DNA of 64,000 nt from Bacteroidota bacterium (GTDB lineage: Bacteria; Bacteroidota; Bacteroidia; NS11-12g; UBA955): contig VGGQ01000001.1 of NCBI GenBank assembly GCA_016868535.1, positions 16,567-80,566 on the forward strand, written 5' to 3'. This document shows, piece after piece, positions 9,757 through 19,354 of this stretch. Both the position numbers and the translations under genes were made by a program. Below the pieces are notes generated by a model that was given only the letters and a program-made list of their open reading frames with translations, was not told the origin of the DNA and made no database searches. The first letter of the stretch is position 1; every line of letters starts with the position of its first letter.

Positions 9757-10155
9757 TTAGCGGTTGTTTACGGGTTCGTCCTCATACTTGCTCGGACACT
9801 TACTGAGTATTGAATTGGCCCTGAAATAATCTTTCTCCTGAAAGCCTATCAGCACGAGTTTCTGGCTTCGTTCCAGATCCTGTGGTTTTGGTTTGCCGAA
9901 TATTACTTTCATTTCCTTACCAAGGCTGTCTATGGCCCAGAATTCAAGGTAATTTGGATCTTTCTGCGGATTATACAAAATAGGTAGTTGTTTGTTCAAC
10001 TTACATGCAACATGATATTCTTTACCGGGATTTTCTTTGGCGAGGGCCGCGGCATCTTTGAAGGCTATATATTGCGTTGTATTTCCATAAAGACCTATCA
10101 CCGCCCCTATTCCTACAGCCGACATTAAAAGCAATATGATATGCAGGGGTTTCAC
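9757..10155 (-). CDS. ccmE: Heme chaperone CcmE, CxxxY variant
   Basis: N-terminal TM anchor, F.A..ILSKCPSKY motif, position within the ccm cluster. Confidence 0.92.
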   Translation of the reverse strand: MKPLHIILLLMSAVGIGAVIGLYGNTTQYIAFKDAAALAKENPGKEYHVACKLNKQLPILYNPQKDPNYLEFWAIDSLGKEMKVIFGKPKPQDLERSQKLVLIGFQEKDYFRANSILSKCPSKYEDEPVNNR

Positions 10156-10382
10156 GATAGATTCTCTTTGTCTTTGTCTTTGTCTTTGTCTCTGTCCATT
10201 CTGCTCACTTTTCTGTCCAGGTAAACCAAATAACCGGTAACGCCTGCAAAAATGATTACCAGTACAGCAGCCACTACATTGAATTTGGCATTGCCACGCA
10301 TGGGGCTGTTGTCAGCAAGCAACGGCGTTGTAGTGCTTAACAAAAACAGCAGAATTATTTGGAAAATTGACTCTTTTTTCAT
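10152..10382 (-). CDS. ccmD: CcmD family small membrane protein
   Basis: MR...KF.VV.AVL.IIFAG...YL.YLDRKVSR, between ccmC and ccmE. Confidence 0.8.
   Translation of the reverse strand: MKKESIFQIILLFLLSTTTPLLADNSPMRGNAKFNVVAAVLVIIFAGVTGYLVYLDRKVSRMDRDKDKDKDKENLS
10165..10194. repeat. Hexamer tandem repeat (TCTTTG)x4 plus one imperfect copy
   Basis: Read directly; encodes the DRDKDKDKDKE tail of CcmD. Confidence 0.85.
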
Positions 10383-10386
10383 ATTC

Positions 10387-11403
10387 TTATGATATCGGAT
10401 TTTTTAATTTGTTGATTCTGTAGAGCAGCGAGGCTACCCAAAGGAAAAGTAGTATCCAGCCAATTACAGCCGGATAAAAAAACATCCTCATTGTATTATC
10501 TAAATCATACTGATTAAAACCCACGGTTCCCCCGGCTCCGGGGTGCAGGCTGTCTCCGCTCAATTTGGGCATAATCACAATAAGGGCAATGAAGATTGGA
10601 AATACAAACAGGTTGTAAACCGCACTGATACGGGCTTTCTGGTAATCATCGCGAATTCCGGACCTAAGCAGCAGGTAGGCACTGTACATCAACATGCCGA
10701 TAGCTACTCCATTGAGTTTGGGGTCATTTGGCCACCAGCTGTCCCAGGTTACACTAGCCCAAACAGAACCTGTAGCACAACCCAGAAAACCGGCCAGAAT
10801 GGCAATGCGTATCAGGGCATCGCTGCGCAAATCAAAGTGCAAATTGGATTTTACAAGATACTTAACCGAGTACACTGCAGAAACCAGCAATAAAAATATC
10901 ATGCTGAACCACATGGGTACATGGTAAAAGAGATTTCTGATACTTTCATTCAGAATGGGGCGGTTGGGGAATGCCACTACATGGTCATTCAAATCCTCAG
11001 AAGCAATTAGCTGAGCATTGCTTTTTCCTGTATCAGAAGTTGCGCGTGTAATGGAAACTGCAGATGGAAAAGCCATCCAGCGACCATTGGCCAGCACATA
11101 CAGATTGCTCATGCCTTCATGGCCCTCTTTACCCAGCCTCGGCATGAAATTAGCCTGCAAAACACCGTAATTATAATCCAGCCGGGTTGCCACAAAACCA
11201 AATTTATCGCCAAGCAGAGCCTTTTCGGGTTTAAATGCCTTACCCGGATTATAAATGTCTATGTTCAATGTGGTTGTGGTATCGGATATAATATTAATTT
11301 TATCAACGCCTGTAACCCCTGTTTTCAGGGGCACAAACAAACCTCCTACCAGCACATAAGCGAGCAAAAAGGTAGCGAGTATTTTCCAGAGATGTTTTGC
11401 CAT
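10387..11403 (-). CDS. ccmC: Heme exporter/delivery protein CcmC with an inserted soluble domain
   Basis: ILNESIRNLFYHVPMWF, WASVTWDSWWPNDPKL (WWD domain), SLHPG. Confidence 0.9.
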   Translation of the reverse strand: MAKHLWKILATFLLAYVLVGGLFVPLKTGVTGVDKINIISDTTTTLNIDIYNPGKAFKPEKALLGDKFGFVATRLDYNYGVLQANFMPRLGKEGHEGMSNLYVLANGRWMAFPSAVSITRATSDTGKSNAQLIASEDLNDHVVAFPNRPILNESIRNLFYHVPMWFSMIFLLLVSAVYSVKYLVKSNLHFDLRSDALIRIAILAGFLGCATGSVWASVTWDSWWPNDPKLNGVAIGMLMYSAYLLLRSGIRDDYQKARISAVYNLFVFPIFIALIVIMPKLSGDSLHPGAGGTVGFNQYDLDNTMRMFFYPAVIGWILLFLWVASLLYRINKLKNPIS

Positions 11404-11410
11404 TAACCTT

Positions 11411-12583
11411 TCAACCCACCTGTTTTCTGCGTTTTATTTCCTGCTCAATCAATGAAAGCTCGCGCCCCATTTGCCCTGCCACACTGCTGTTTTCCCTTGC
11501 CCTCCTCGTAAGATATGGAATCACGGCCTTCACTGGACCATATGGTACATATTTGCAAACATTATAGCCGGCATGGCTAAGGTTAAAGGAAATATGATCG
11601 CTCATGCCAAGCAACTGACTGAACCAAATACGCTCATCGGCTGCCTGTAATTGTTTTTCATGCATCAGTTCCATGAGGTAGCGGCTACTATTCTCATTGT
11701 GGGTACCGGCACAGATGCTTACATTTTCAATATGATGCACGCAATGTTTGAGGGCTTCGTTGTAATCCATGTCGGAAGCCTCTTTGTTGGGCTGAATGGG
11801 ATCTTTGTATCCCATTTTATTGGCACGTTTGCGTTCTTTTTCCATGTAGGCGCCGCGAACCAGTTTAAAACCCAGAAAGCAGGTAGCACCCACAATCTGG
11901 GTTTTCAGGTATTCCAGCCTGTCGTGCCTATAAAGCTGAATGGTATTAAAAACAATGGCTTTTTTCGTATTGTGGCGTTTGGATGCCTGTTTAGTTAGCC
12001 TGTCAATGGCATCCTGAATCCAACTTTCTTCCGCATCTACAAAAATTCTCACCTGCTTTTCTTCTGCGTGTAAGCAAATTTTATTGAACCGGTCTACACC
12101 ACGCTCCCATTCTGACTTCTCTGCTTCGCTGAGACATTTGTGGCTGCTCATTTTTTCCAGTAGTTCAAAACGGATAACTCCCGTTGTTTTAAAAACAGAA
12201 AAAGGTATGCGGCTCTTGCCTGCAGCAACATCAATGGTTCTGATAATTTCTGCACAGGTAGCGTTAAAATCATCTTCCCTCTCCTCGCCCTCAACAGAAT
12301 AATCGAGTATGGTCCCTATGCGAGAAGCGGCAAGCCTGTCAATCGTCTTACGACAGGTTTCGATATCCTCTCCGCCGCAGAATTGTTCAAAAATGGTGTT
12401 TTTTATCAGGTTTTTGAATCCCAGGGCAACAGCAATATTGGCCATTGGCGGACCAAGCGTCAGCAATACCGGGAAATTAAAAATCCTGAAAAGCAGACGG
12501 GCTTTGCTCAAACCCGCATTGGACATGTGTGCAAAAGCAACCTCGGTATTGGAAAATTCAACAAGTGAATTTTGCATATTCAT
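11411..12583 (-). CDS. Monofunctional proline dehydrogenase
   Basis: QFCGGE, LDYSVEG, VDAEESWIQ, KLVRGAYMEKE, QLLGMSD, KYVPYGP...PYLTRRAREN. Confidence 0.93.
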   Translation of the reverse strand: MNMQNSLVEFSNTEVAFAHMSNAGLSKARLLFRIFNFPVLLTLGPPMANIAVALGFKNLIKNTIFEQFCGGEDIETCRKTIDRLAASRIGTILDYSVEGEEREDDFNATCAEIIRTIDVAAGKSRIPFSVFKTTGVIRFELLEKMSSHKCLSEAEKSEWERGVDRFNKICLHAEEKQVRIFVDAEESWIQDAIDRLTKQASKRHNTKKAIVFNTIQLYRHDRLEYLKTQIVGATCFLGFKLVRGAYMEKERKRANKMGYKDPIQPNKEASDMDYNEALKHCVHHIENVSICAGTHNENSSRYLMELMHEKQLQAADERIWFSQLLGMSDHISFNLSHAGYNVCKYVPYGPVKAVIPYLTRRARENSSVAGQMGRELSLIEQEIKRRKQVG

Positions 12584-12647
12584 TCTCTATGCAAAGGAAA
12601 TACAGAAAGCCCAAGGTTTATGCACAACTTAAACAGAAAATGGTCAG

Positions 12648-13247
12648 TTATGGCAGTCTCAGACCCAACTTCTCGATCATCTCTTTCCATTCGGGGTTTT
12701 TGGACAGCATAAACTCGAGTTTTTCCTTTTCCGTGTAGGGTTTTCGGTCGGTGATTTCAGCCGCACCTTTCTCAATACGCAGCGACTGAATTGCGCCTCG
12801 TGTTTTCTGGGAAACAAAACGGATAAAATCCATTTGTACATCCTCTATGGCGTCCTGCTGTGCGGCAGAAGCAATGGTAACTACCACTTCGCTACCCTGC
12901 AAAAGCGGTGTAATCGCTTTCATAAGGCTGGAAGCCCTGACGCCCGCGGTGTGGCTAAATTCCAACCAGCATTGAGTGAGTATTTCCTGGTTCACAGGCT
13001 GTGGCTCCGCAACCTTCTGGTCATCTTGCGGGGGTTCATCGTAGGCTATTTCGGATTGAACTACAATTGTTTCGGCTGTTTTATCTTCCTTAATGGCAAA
13101 GTTTCTGTCTTCCCGCTTTTTTTGTTTATAGGCATCAAATCCTGATAACTGAATCCTTGATTCCTGCACTTTGGCAGTATACTTTTGCGTAGATTCGGGC
13201 TGTTTGGGCGGTGCCTGATTTTGAACTTTGCCTATGGGTTCAGGGCT
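12648..13247 (-). CDS. dnaX: DNA polymerase III tau C-terminal region, in the -1 frame relative to the upstream dnaX ORF
   Basis: Frame is open from the A10 run (SPEPIGKVQNQAPPKQP...) into ORF 12648..13169, ending KPYTEKEKLEFMLSKNP...L.L, typical of the Bacteroidota tau C-terminus. Confidence 0.85.
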   Translation of the reverse strand, partial: SPEPIGKVQNQAPPKQPESTQKYTAKVQESRIQLSGFDAYKQKKREDRNFAIKEDKTAETIVVQSEIAYDEPPQDDQKVAEPQPVNQEILTQCWLEFSHTAGVRASSLMKAITPLLQGSEVVVTIASAAQQDAIEDVQMDFIRFVSQKTRGAIQSLRIEKGAAEITDRKPYTEKEKLEFMLSKNPEWKEMIEKLGLRLP

Positions 13248-14344
13248 TTTTTTTTTAATTCCTCAAGGGTAGCAAAATGCGAGATGAACGACTTCAGGTT
13301 GGCCAGCTTCATCAGCGTCAGTTCCACCAGCAATCTGGGATGGCGGCTTATTTTATATTTCTCATCGCACTCGTTTAGCAGGTTTAATCCATTCAAAACA
13401 AGAGAAAAGCCCATAGCAGATGCCTGCTCGGCATATTTCTGCCTGAAATTATCTGACATATCAAGCAAAGCGGCTGTGCGGACGTCTTTACAAACTGCCA
13501 GATTGCGAAAATGAGCCGTCAGTCCGGCTATGAAAACCGAGCCCTCAAAACCACGGCGGATAATCCTGTCCAGCGCTAGTATGCAAAATCCAGCATCGCC
13601 TTTCAGAACAGCATCCGTAATTTCAAAATAAGTATCGGCATCCAGTTCATTGAGAATTTCCACTGCTTTCGAATAGGTAAGTCCTCCGTCGCTGTAACTT
13701 ACCAGCTGATCAAAAATGGAGAGTGCGTCACGTAATCCCCCGTCTGCCTTTCGGGCAATCAGATGCAGAACATCTTCTTCTGCCGAAACCCTCTCTTTTT
13801 GGGCAATTTCCCTGAGGTGATCTACGATATCACGCACCTCAATCCTGTTGAAGTTAAAAACCTGACAACGGCTGAGAATGGTTGGTAATATTTTATGTTT
13901 TGCGGTGGTAGCAAGAATAAAAATAGCATAAGGCGGGGGTTCTTCCAGTGTCTTCAAAAATGCATTGAAGGCGCTGGCTGAGAGCATGTGCACCTCATCA
14001 ATAATATACACTTTATACTTTCCCACTTGTGGAGGAATCCTAACCTGCTCGAGCAGGTTGCGCATATCATCAACAGTATTGTTACTGGCGGCATCAAGTT
14101 CAAAAATATTGAAAGCAAAATCCTGCTTTGGATCTACTTCCCCGCCCTTGCGGTTGATGACTTTGGCCAGAATCCTTGCACAGGTGGTTTTACCAACACC
14201 GCGGGGACCTGTGAATAGAAATGCCTGGGCAAGTTTATTGCTTTCGATTTCACGCATCAGCGTATCTGCCACGTGCTTCTGACCAACCACCGCGTCAAAA
14301 TGGGTTGGACGATACTTGCGTGCTGATACGATATACGGTTCCAT
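13232..14344 (-). CDS. dnaX: DNA polymerase III gamma/tau, clamp-loader AAA+ region (370 aa, gamma-length)
   Basis: SARKYRP, GPRGVGKTT, ELDAASN, IIDEVHML, KTLEEPP, TILSRCQ, GGLRDALS. Confidence 0.97.
   Translation of the reverse strand: MEPYIVSARKYRPTHFDAVVGQKHVADTLMREIESNKLAQAFLFTGPRGVGKTTCARILAKVINRKGGEVDPKQDFAFNIFELDAASNNTVDDMRNLLEQVRIPPQVGKYKVYIIDEVHMLSASAFNAFLKTLEEPPPYAIFILATTAKHKILPTILSRCQVFNFNRIEVRDIVDHLREIAQKERVSAEEDVLHLIARKADGGLRDALSIFDQLVSYSDGGLTYSKAVEILNELDADTYFEITDAVLKGDAGFCILALDRIIRRGFEGSVFIAGLTAHFRNLAVCKDVRTAALLDMSDNFRQKYAEQASAMGFSLVLNGLNLLNECDEKYKISRHPRLLVELTLMKLANLKSFISHFATLEELKKKALNP
13247..13256 (-). other. A10 slippage/frameshift site in dnaX
   Basis: GAG GAA TTA AAA AAA AAA GCC CTG AAC CCA TAG; one extra A (or a -1 shift) fuses the two dnaX ORFs. 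Confidence 0.75.
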
Positions 14345-14500
14345 ATACCGATTGCAAAATAAAACGGAAGGCGTCAGGTTGACAAGGTTTGTGCATAATT
14401 GATGAAAATAATTTTACAGTCCCAATATTCAACAAAAGTGAAAGTTTAGTTAACCAGAATATAAGAAACCTTTCGCATCTTTGTAACCACAAATTTTTTT

Positions 14501-17395
14501 ATGCGAATTTTATTGGTGGGGTGTTTGGTGCTTGTCGGCAGTGAACTTGGGGCGCAGGTCAATAATTCCGGAGTTGAGATACCTGTTTCCGGTAAGATAC
14601 AATCCAGTGGGGGAAAAGCTATTTATCCCTGTTTCATAAAATTCACTCGTCTTGACTCCGACTCGCCTGTTCTTAAATCCCGCACAGATTCATCCGGATT
14701 TTTCCGCCTAAAACTTTTATTACCGGGAAAATACAGACTGAATGCAGTTGCCGAAGGTTACGAAATGTACACAGGTACTTTTTCTTTTGAAGATAACAGC
14801 GAATACTACGACTTGCGCATTTTGTGCATGAAAGACAGCGATACAGGTAAACTCAGAGAAGTTTTAATTGTTGAGGATGTCGTTGCAGTAAGAATCAAAG
14901 GCGATACAACGGAACATGCTGCCTCCTCATACAAAACAAATCCTGATGCTACATCCGAAGATCTAGTAATAAAAATGCCGGGTATGTCAAGCCAGAATGG
15001 CAAAATTCAAGCGCAGGGCGAAGAAGTAAAACGGGTTTTGGTTGATGGCAAGCTTTCCTTTGGAGACGACCCATCTTCCACACTCAGAAATCTGCCGGCT
15101 GAGGTAGTGGAAAAGATTCAGGTTTTTGACGGCAAAAGCAATTTGGCACTAGCCACAGGATTTGATGATGGAAATACCACCAAAACCATAAATATAATCA
15201 CAAAAATGAAGTTCAGAAACGGAAGTTTTGGCAAGGCCTATGCGGGGTATGGAACCGACGAACGTTTCAGAAATGGTTTCACTTACAACCGCTTTAAGAA
15301 TCAGCGACGGATAACCATTTTGGGCTCACTGAACAACGTGAACGAACAAAACTTCAGTACCGAAGACCTGATGGGTGTGATGGCCGGTGGCGGAGGTGGC
15401 GGTGGAATGAGGAACATGCCGGGTGGCGGGAGTTGGAAACCTATGATGCGAAACAGCAATTACGGTGCAACTGCCATGGATAATTTCCTGGTTGACCAAC
15501 GCAATGGCATTTCCACCACAGAGGCTTTTGGTTTAAACTACAGTAACTACTGGAAAAAAGCCGAAGTGTCTGCATCCTATTTTTTCAACCGGTCAGTAAA
15601 CGAGAATGTGTGTATCACAAAGCGTTACTTCGTTACTGGTTCGGAAAGCCAGTTAAATTATCAGGAAAACAGCACGTCAGAAATCCTGAATTCCAACCAT
15701 AGATTCAATCTTAGGTATGAATGGAAACCTGACAGCATGCACAGTTTACTGATTGCGCCCAAATTCAGTTTCCAGAACAACAATCCGGAATCAGATGTTA
15801 CCGGCTTGAACAGTATCATCAGACCTCCTTTCATCAGCCGTGTGGACATCAACAAGGCTGTTAATCAATATGTTTCAAATTTGAAAGGGTTCAATGGATC
15901 TATTGGCTTTCAGTACACGGTTCGGTTCAAAAAAACCGGACGTTCTTTAACCTTAGGTGCTACGCCAACTGTTTCTGGCAATAATGGCAACAATGACTGG
16001 AGAACAGAAAATGACAGGCCCACAGACACGTTTGCTGCAAGCATAAATGATGTGCGGGCCAATCAGATTCGCGAAAATTATGGCAGTTCGGGCTCGGTGA
16101 CATGGACAGAACCGGCAGGTAAAAACGGCCAGTTGAGTTTTTCTGTGAATGGCAATTACAGCCGAAGCAAGAACGATATAGAAACCAATGCACTGGATAC
16201 GGCAAAAGAAATATATTCGATACTCGACACACTGCTATCTAGCAAATTCGATAGCCGATACACCTCTGCGAGTGCTGGTCTTGCTTATCGCTGGCAAAAA
16301 GGAAAATGGAGCTGGAATGTGAGCCTGAATGCACAACGTGCAACCCTTTTTAACGAACAGGTTTTCCCAAAATTATATAACCTGAATACCAGCTTCCCCA
16401 GTCTACTTCCGGGAGCTATGGTCATATTTAAACCCAATGAAAAAGAAGGGCTGCGCATTTTCTACCGAACCAATAACAATGCTCCCTCCATCTATCAGTT
16501 GCAGGATGTGGTCAACAACAGTAATCCTTTGTCGGTCAGCACCGGAAATCCTAACCTGGCTCAGGATCTTCAACATGGTATTTTTATGCGTTACTCACGG
16601 GCAAATCCCAAAAAAGGAAATTCATTATTTGCCATGATTGGTGGCACTCTTACCCGCAATTATGTAAGCAACAGTGCGTTTATAGCCACATCCGACACCC
16701 AACTTCTACCTGGTTTGTTCTTAAACCGCGGAGCGCAGTTCACCCGTCCAGTTAACATGAATGGTCAAGGCGGTCTCAGGTCTTTTATCAATTATGGATT
16801 ACCCCTGAGTTCCCTCAAATGTAATTTCAACATTAATGTGGGCATTATTTACGGCAGAACACCCGGTATGGTGAACGGATTAATGAATTATTCAAACAGT
16901 CTCTCACCCAGCATTGGCGTGGTGTTGAGTAGTAATATTTCTGAGAAGGTTGATTTCATAATATCTTCCAACACATCGGTTACAGAAGTAAAGAACACTT
17001 TACAAACGTCGCTAGACAGCCGCTTCACCAACCAGAGCAGCCGCTTCCGCATTCAGGTTCAGCCCTGGAAAGGCCTTGTACTGCAGACAGATATCTACCA
17101 CCAGCTTTTTAAAGGTCTTTCGGGCGGCCTCAATAACAATTTTCTGCTATGGAATGCCGGAATTGGTTATAAATTTTTAAAGAAGAGGGCGGCTGAAATT
17201 CGATTTACTGCCTTTGACTTAATGAAACAGAATAACAGTCTTAACAGAAACATTACCGAAACCTATTATGAGGATGTCCAGACCAACGTTCTGCAGCGCT
17301 ACTACATGCTTACTTTCACGTACAACCTGAGGGCTTTCAAGCTGCCTGAAGGAAAAGAGGGCCGGGATGAACGCAAAATGTGGCATCCCCGCTAA
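14501..17395 (+). CDS. Large outer-membrane beta-barrel/TonB-receptor-like protein with an N-terminal carboxypeptidase-regulatory-like domain
   Basis: Signal peptide, KGDT, EDLVIKMPG, VLVDGK..FGDDP, NLPAEVVEKIQV, GNPNL, RYYMLTFTYNL. Confidence 0.85.
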   Translation: MRILLVGCLVLVGSELGAQVNNSGVEIPVSGKIQSSGGKAIYPCFIKFTRLDSDSPVLKSRTDSSGFFRLKLLLPGKYRLNAVAEGYEMYTGTFSFEDNSEYYDLRILCMKDSDTGKLREVLIVEDVVAVRIKGDTTEHAASSYKTNPDATSEDLVIKMPGMSSQNGKIQAQGEEVKRVLVDGKLSFGDDPSSTLRNLPAEVVEKIQVFDGKSNLALATGFDDGNTTKTINIITKMKFRNGSFGKAYAGYGTDERFRNGFTYNRFKNQRRITILGSLNNVNEQNFSTEDLMGVMAGGGGGGGMRNMPGGGSWKPMMRNSNYGATAMDNFLVDQRNGISTTEAFGLNYSNYWKKAEVSASYFFNRSVNENVCITKRYFVTGSESQLNYQENSTSEILNSNHRFNLRYEWKPDSMHSLLIAPKFSFQNNNPESDVTGLNSIIRPPFISRVDINKAVNQYVSNLKGFNGSIGFQYTVRFKKTGRSLTLGATPTVSGNNGNNDWRTENDRPTDTFAASINDVRANQIRENYGSSGSVTWTEPAGKNGQLSFSVNGNYSRSKNDIETNALDTAKEIYSILDTLLSSKFDSRYTSASAGLAYRWQKGKWSWNVSLNAQRATLFNEQVFPKLYNLNTSFPSLLPGAMVIFKPNEKEGLRIFYRTNNNAPSIYQLQDVVNNSNPLSVSTGNPNLAQDLQHGIFMRYSRANPKKGNSLFAMIGGTLTRNYVSNSAFIATSDTQLLPGLFLNRGAQFTRPVNMNGQGGLRSFINYGLPLSSLKCNFNINVGIIYGRTPGMVNGLMNYSNSLSPSIGVVLSSNISEKVDFIISSNTSVTEVKNTLQTSLDSRFTNQSSRFRIQVQPWKGLVLQTDIYHQLFKGLSGGLNNNFLLWNAGIGYKFLKKRAAEIRFTAFDLMKQNNSLNRNITETYYEDVQTNVLQRYYMLTFTYNLRAFKLPEGKEGRDERKMWHPR

Positions 17396-17413
17396 GAAAC
17401 GCTTCGAAATCGA

Positions 17414-18484
17414 TTACATGAGCGACTGATAAACTTGATTGAGTTGTGCTGCAATTTTGACAGCATCAATTTTAGAAAACAATTCTCTCCTTCCGGCTTC
17501 CATCTCGCTCTGATACTCTGTTGCAAGACTTTCTAACATCACAGAGGCAATTTCGTCAGAATTATTTGGTTTAAAATATCGTGCCGCCTTACCTGCAATC
17601 TCCTTAAAAACCGGAATTTCCGAAACCGCCATGGGACGACCGCAAACCGCAGCCTCTGCCAGCGGAATACCGAAACCTTCGAAAAAACTGCAATTCACCA
17701 CAAGCGATGCTCCATAAACCAGTGAATGCAGAGTAGGAAAATCGCAATTTACAAAAAAATGGACCCTGTATCCAAGCTTTTCGCTCTTCACAAATGAGCG
17801 ACACCTTTCCAGCGTTTCGCCGTCAGCTCCGGCGAGCACAAGATGGAGGTCTGTTTGTTTTTGTATCTTGGCAAACGCTTCAATAAGGCTGCCATGATTT
17901 TTTCGCTGCGTATAACTGCTTACATATACGATATACGGAAACTGTAAAGGCGATTCAGCCGGCTGTTGATACCAAACATCATCCACAGGCTGATAAACAA
18001 CCTTTATTCTTGCCGGATCTATTTTATAGAATTTTTTTAAATCGCTTGCAGTGGTCTCACTTGCAGCAATGACGACATCTGCATAGCGAAGTGCGTAATC
18101 GGTTTTAACACCATAAACCCAGCGGTTGGCAAAACTATAATATCCGGGAAATCTTCTAAAAATGAGGTCATGAATGGTTACCACTGTTTTCACACCGGAA
18201 CCGGCAAGGCCTACAGGTATTTCATTGGAGAGCCCATGATAAATCTGAATCCCTTTTCTGACAAGATCATTTTTTATACCAAACACTCTCCACAATGAGC
18301 CTTTACGGCGGGTTTCGGCAATTTCCAGACCGGATGTCAGGATTTTGCCTTCCCTGCCCGGGGCAAATAACACATATTTGTTTTCGGGATGGTTTTTGAG
18401 AAAAGCTGCAACCATACTTCGGCTGTAGTTTCCAAGTCCGGTGCGATTGTTAAAATATCGCTTAGCATCAAACCCAATAACCAT
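17414..18484 (-). CDS. Glycosyltransferase family 4 (GT-B)
   Basis: GFDAKR...N.TGLGNYSR, HGLSNEIP, TIHDLIF, RKN, EGFGIPLAEA. Confidence 0.92.
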   Translation of the reverse strand: MVIGFDAKRYFNNRTGLGNYSRSMVAAFLKNHPENKYVLFAPGREGKILTSGLEIAETRRKGSLWRVFGIKNDLVRKGIQIYHGLSNEIPVGLAGSGVKTVVTIHDLIFRRFPGYYSFANRWVYGVKTDYALRYADVVIAASETTASDLKKFYKIDPARIKVVYQPVDDVWYQQPAESPLQFPYIVYVSSYTQRKNHGSLIEAFAKIQKQTDLHLVLAGADGETLERCRSFVKSEKLGYRVHFFVNCDFPTLHSLVYGASLVVNCSFFEGFGIPLAEAAVCGRPMAVSEIPVFKEIAGKAARYFKPNNSDEIASVMLESLATEYQSEMEAGRRELFSKIDAVKIAAQLNQVYQSLM

Positions 18485-19299
18485 CAGACTGATACGTTAA
18501 AATCACGGAGGGTATCGTTCAGGGAAGTTTTGGTATCGGTACTTTCTTTGCGCTGGCCAATTATAAGCGCACAAGGAACATAAAAATCACCACCGGTGAA
18601 AGTCTTTTTGATGGAACCCGGAATAACAACACTTCTAGGCGGAATGTAGCCGCGGGGCAACTCCTTACCGCTTTCGGCATCTATAATTTTGGTACTCATA
18701 GTCAGTGTTAATCCTGCCCCCAGCACTGCCTGTTTTCCAACCCTTACTCCTTCTACAACAATACAGCGCGACCCCACAAAACAATCATCCTCAATAATTA
18801 CGGGAGCTGCCTGCACAGGCTCTAATACACCGCCAATTCCAACACCGCCACTCAAATGCACGTTTTTACCAATCTGCGCACAGCTGCCGACGGTTGCCCA
18901 TGTATCCACCATGGTACCTGAATCTACATAGGCGCCGATATTGACATAAGATGGCATCATAATAACCCCAGCGGCAAGGTATGCGCCATAGCGAGCTATG
19001 GCATGGGGAACTACCCTCACACCCAGTGTGGCAAAACCCGTCTTAAGTTTCATTTTATCATGAAACTCCATGGGGCCCGCATGAAGTGTTTCTATTTTGC
19101 GGGTGGGAAAATATAAAATTACCGCTTTTTTAATCCAGTCATTGTTTTGCCAGCTACCGTCAGGAAGCGGCTCTGCCACACGAAGTTTACCCTTATCCAG
19201 CCTTTCAATAACGCTTTCAATCGCATTGACATATTCCCGTTGTTGCAATAAACCTCTGCTATTCCAGGCCTCTTCAATTAAATTCTTTGTATTTTGCAT
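18484..19299 (-). CDS. dapD: Tetrahydrodipicolinate N-succinyltransferase
   Basis: LDKGKLRVAEP, WIKKAVILYF, MVDTWATVGSCAQIGKNVHLSGGVGIGGVLEP; real start MQNTK at 19299. Confidence 0.96.
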   Translation of the reverse strand: MQNTKNLIEEAWNSRGLLQQREYVNAIESVIERLDKGKLRVAEPLPDGSWQNNDWIKKAVILYFPTRKIETLHAGPMEFHDKMKLKTGFATLGVRVVPHAIARYGAYLAAGVIMMPSYVNIGAYVDSGTMVDTWATVGSCAQIGKNVHLSGGVGIGGVLEPVQAAPVIIEDDCFVGSRCIVVEGVRVGKQAVLGAGLTLTMSTKIIDAESGKELPRGYIPPRSVVIPGSIKKTFTGGDFYVPCALIIGQRKESTDTKTSLNDTLRDFNVSV

Positions 19300-19328
19300 G
19301 AAAATAAATTCCGTCGCAAATTTGCAAT

Positions 19329-19351
19329 CATATTTGCGAAGTACAAAGATA
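19329..19351. promoter_or_regulatory. Face-to-face -7 elements for dapD (TATCTTTG, minus) and the DPP IV gene (CATATTTG, plus)
   Basis: Exact match at 19344-19351 (-); one-mismatch match at 19329-19336 (+). Confidence 0.45.
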
Positions 19352-19354
19352 CCC

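Noticed and set aside
15383..15432. Gly-rich GGC/GGT/GGA tract in the large outer-membrane protein
   Set aside because: Mixed codons and a common low-complexity loop in this family; not a DNA repeat element
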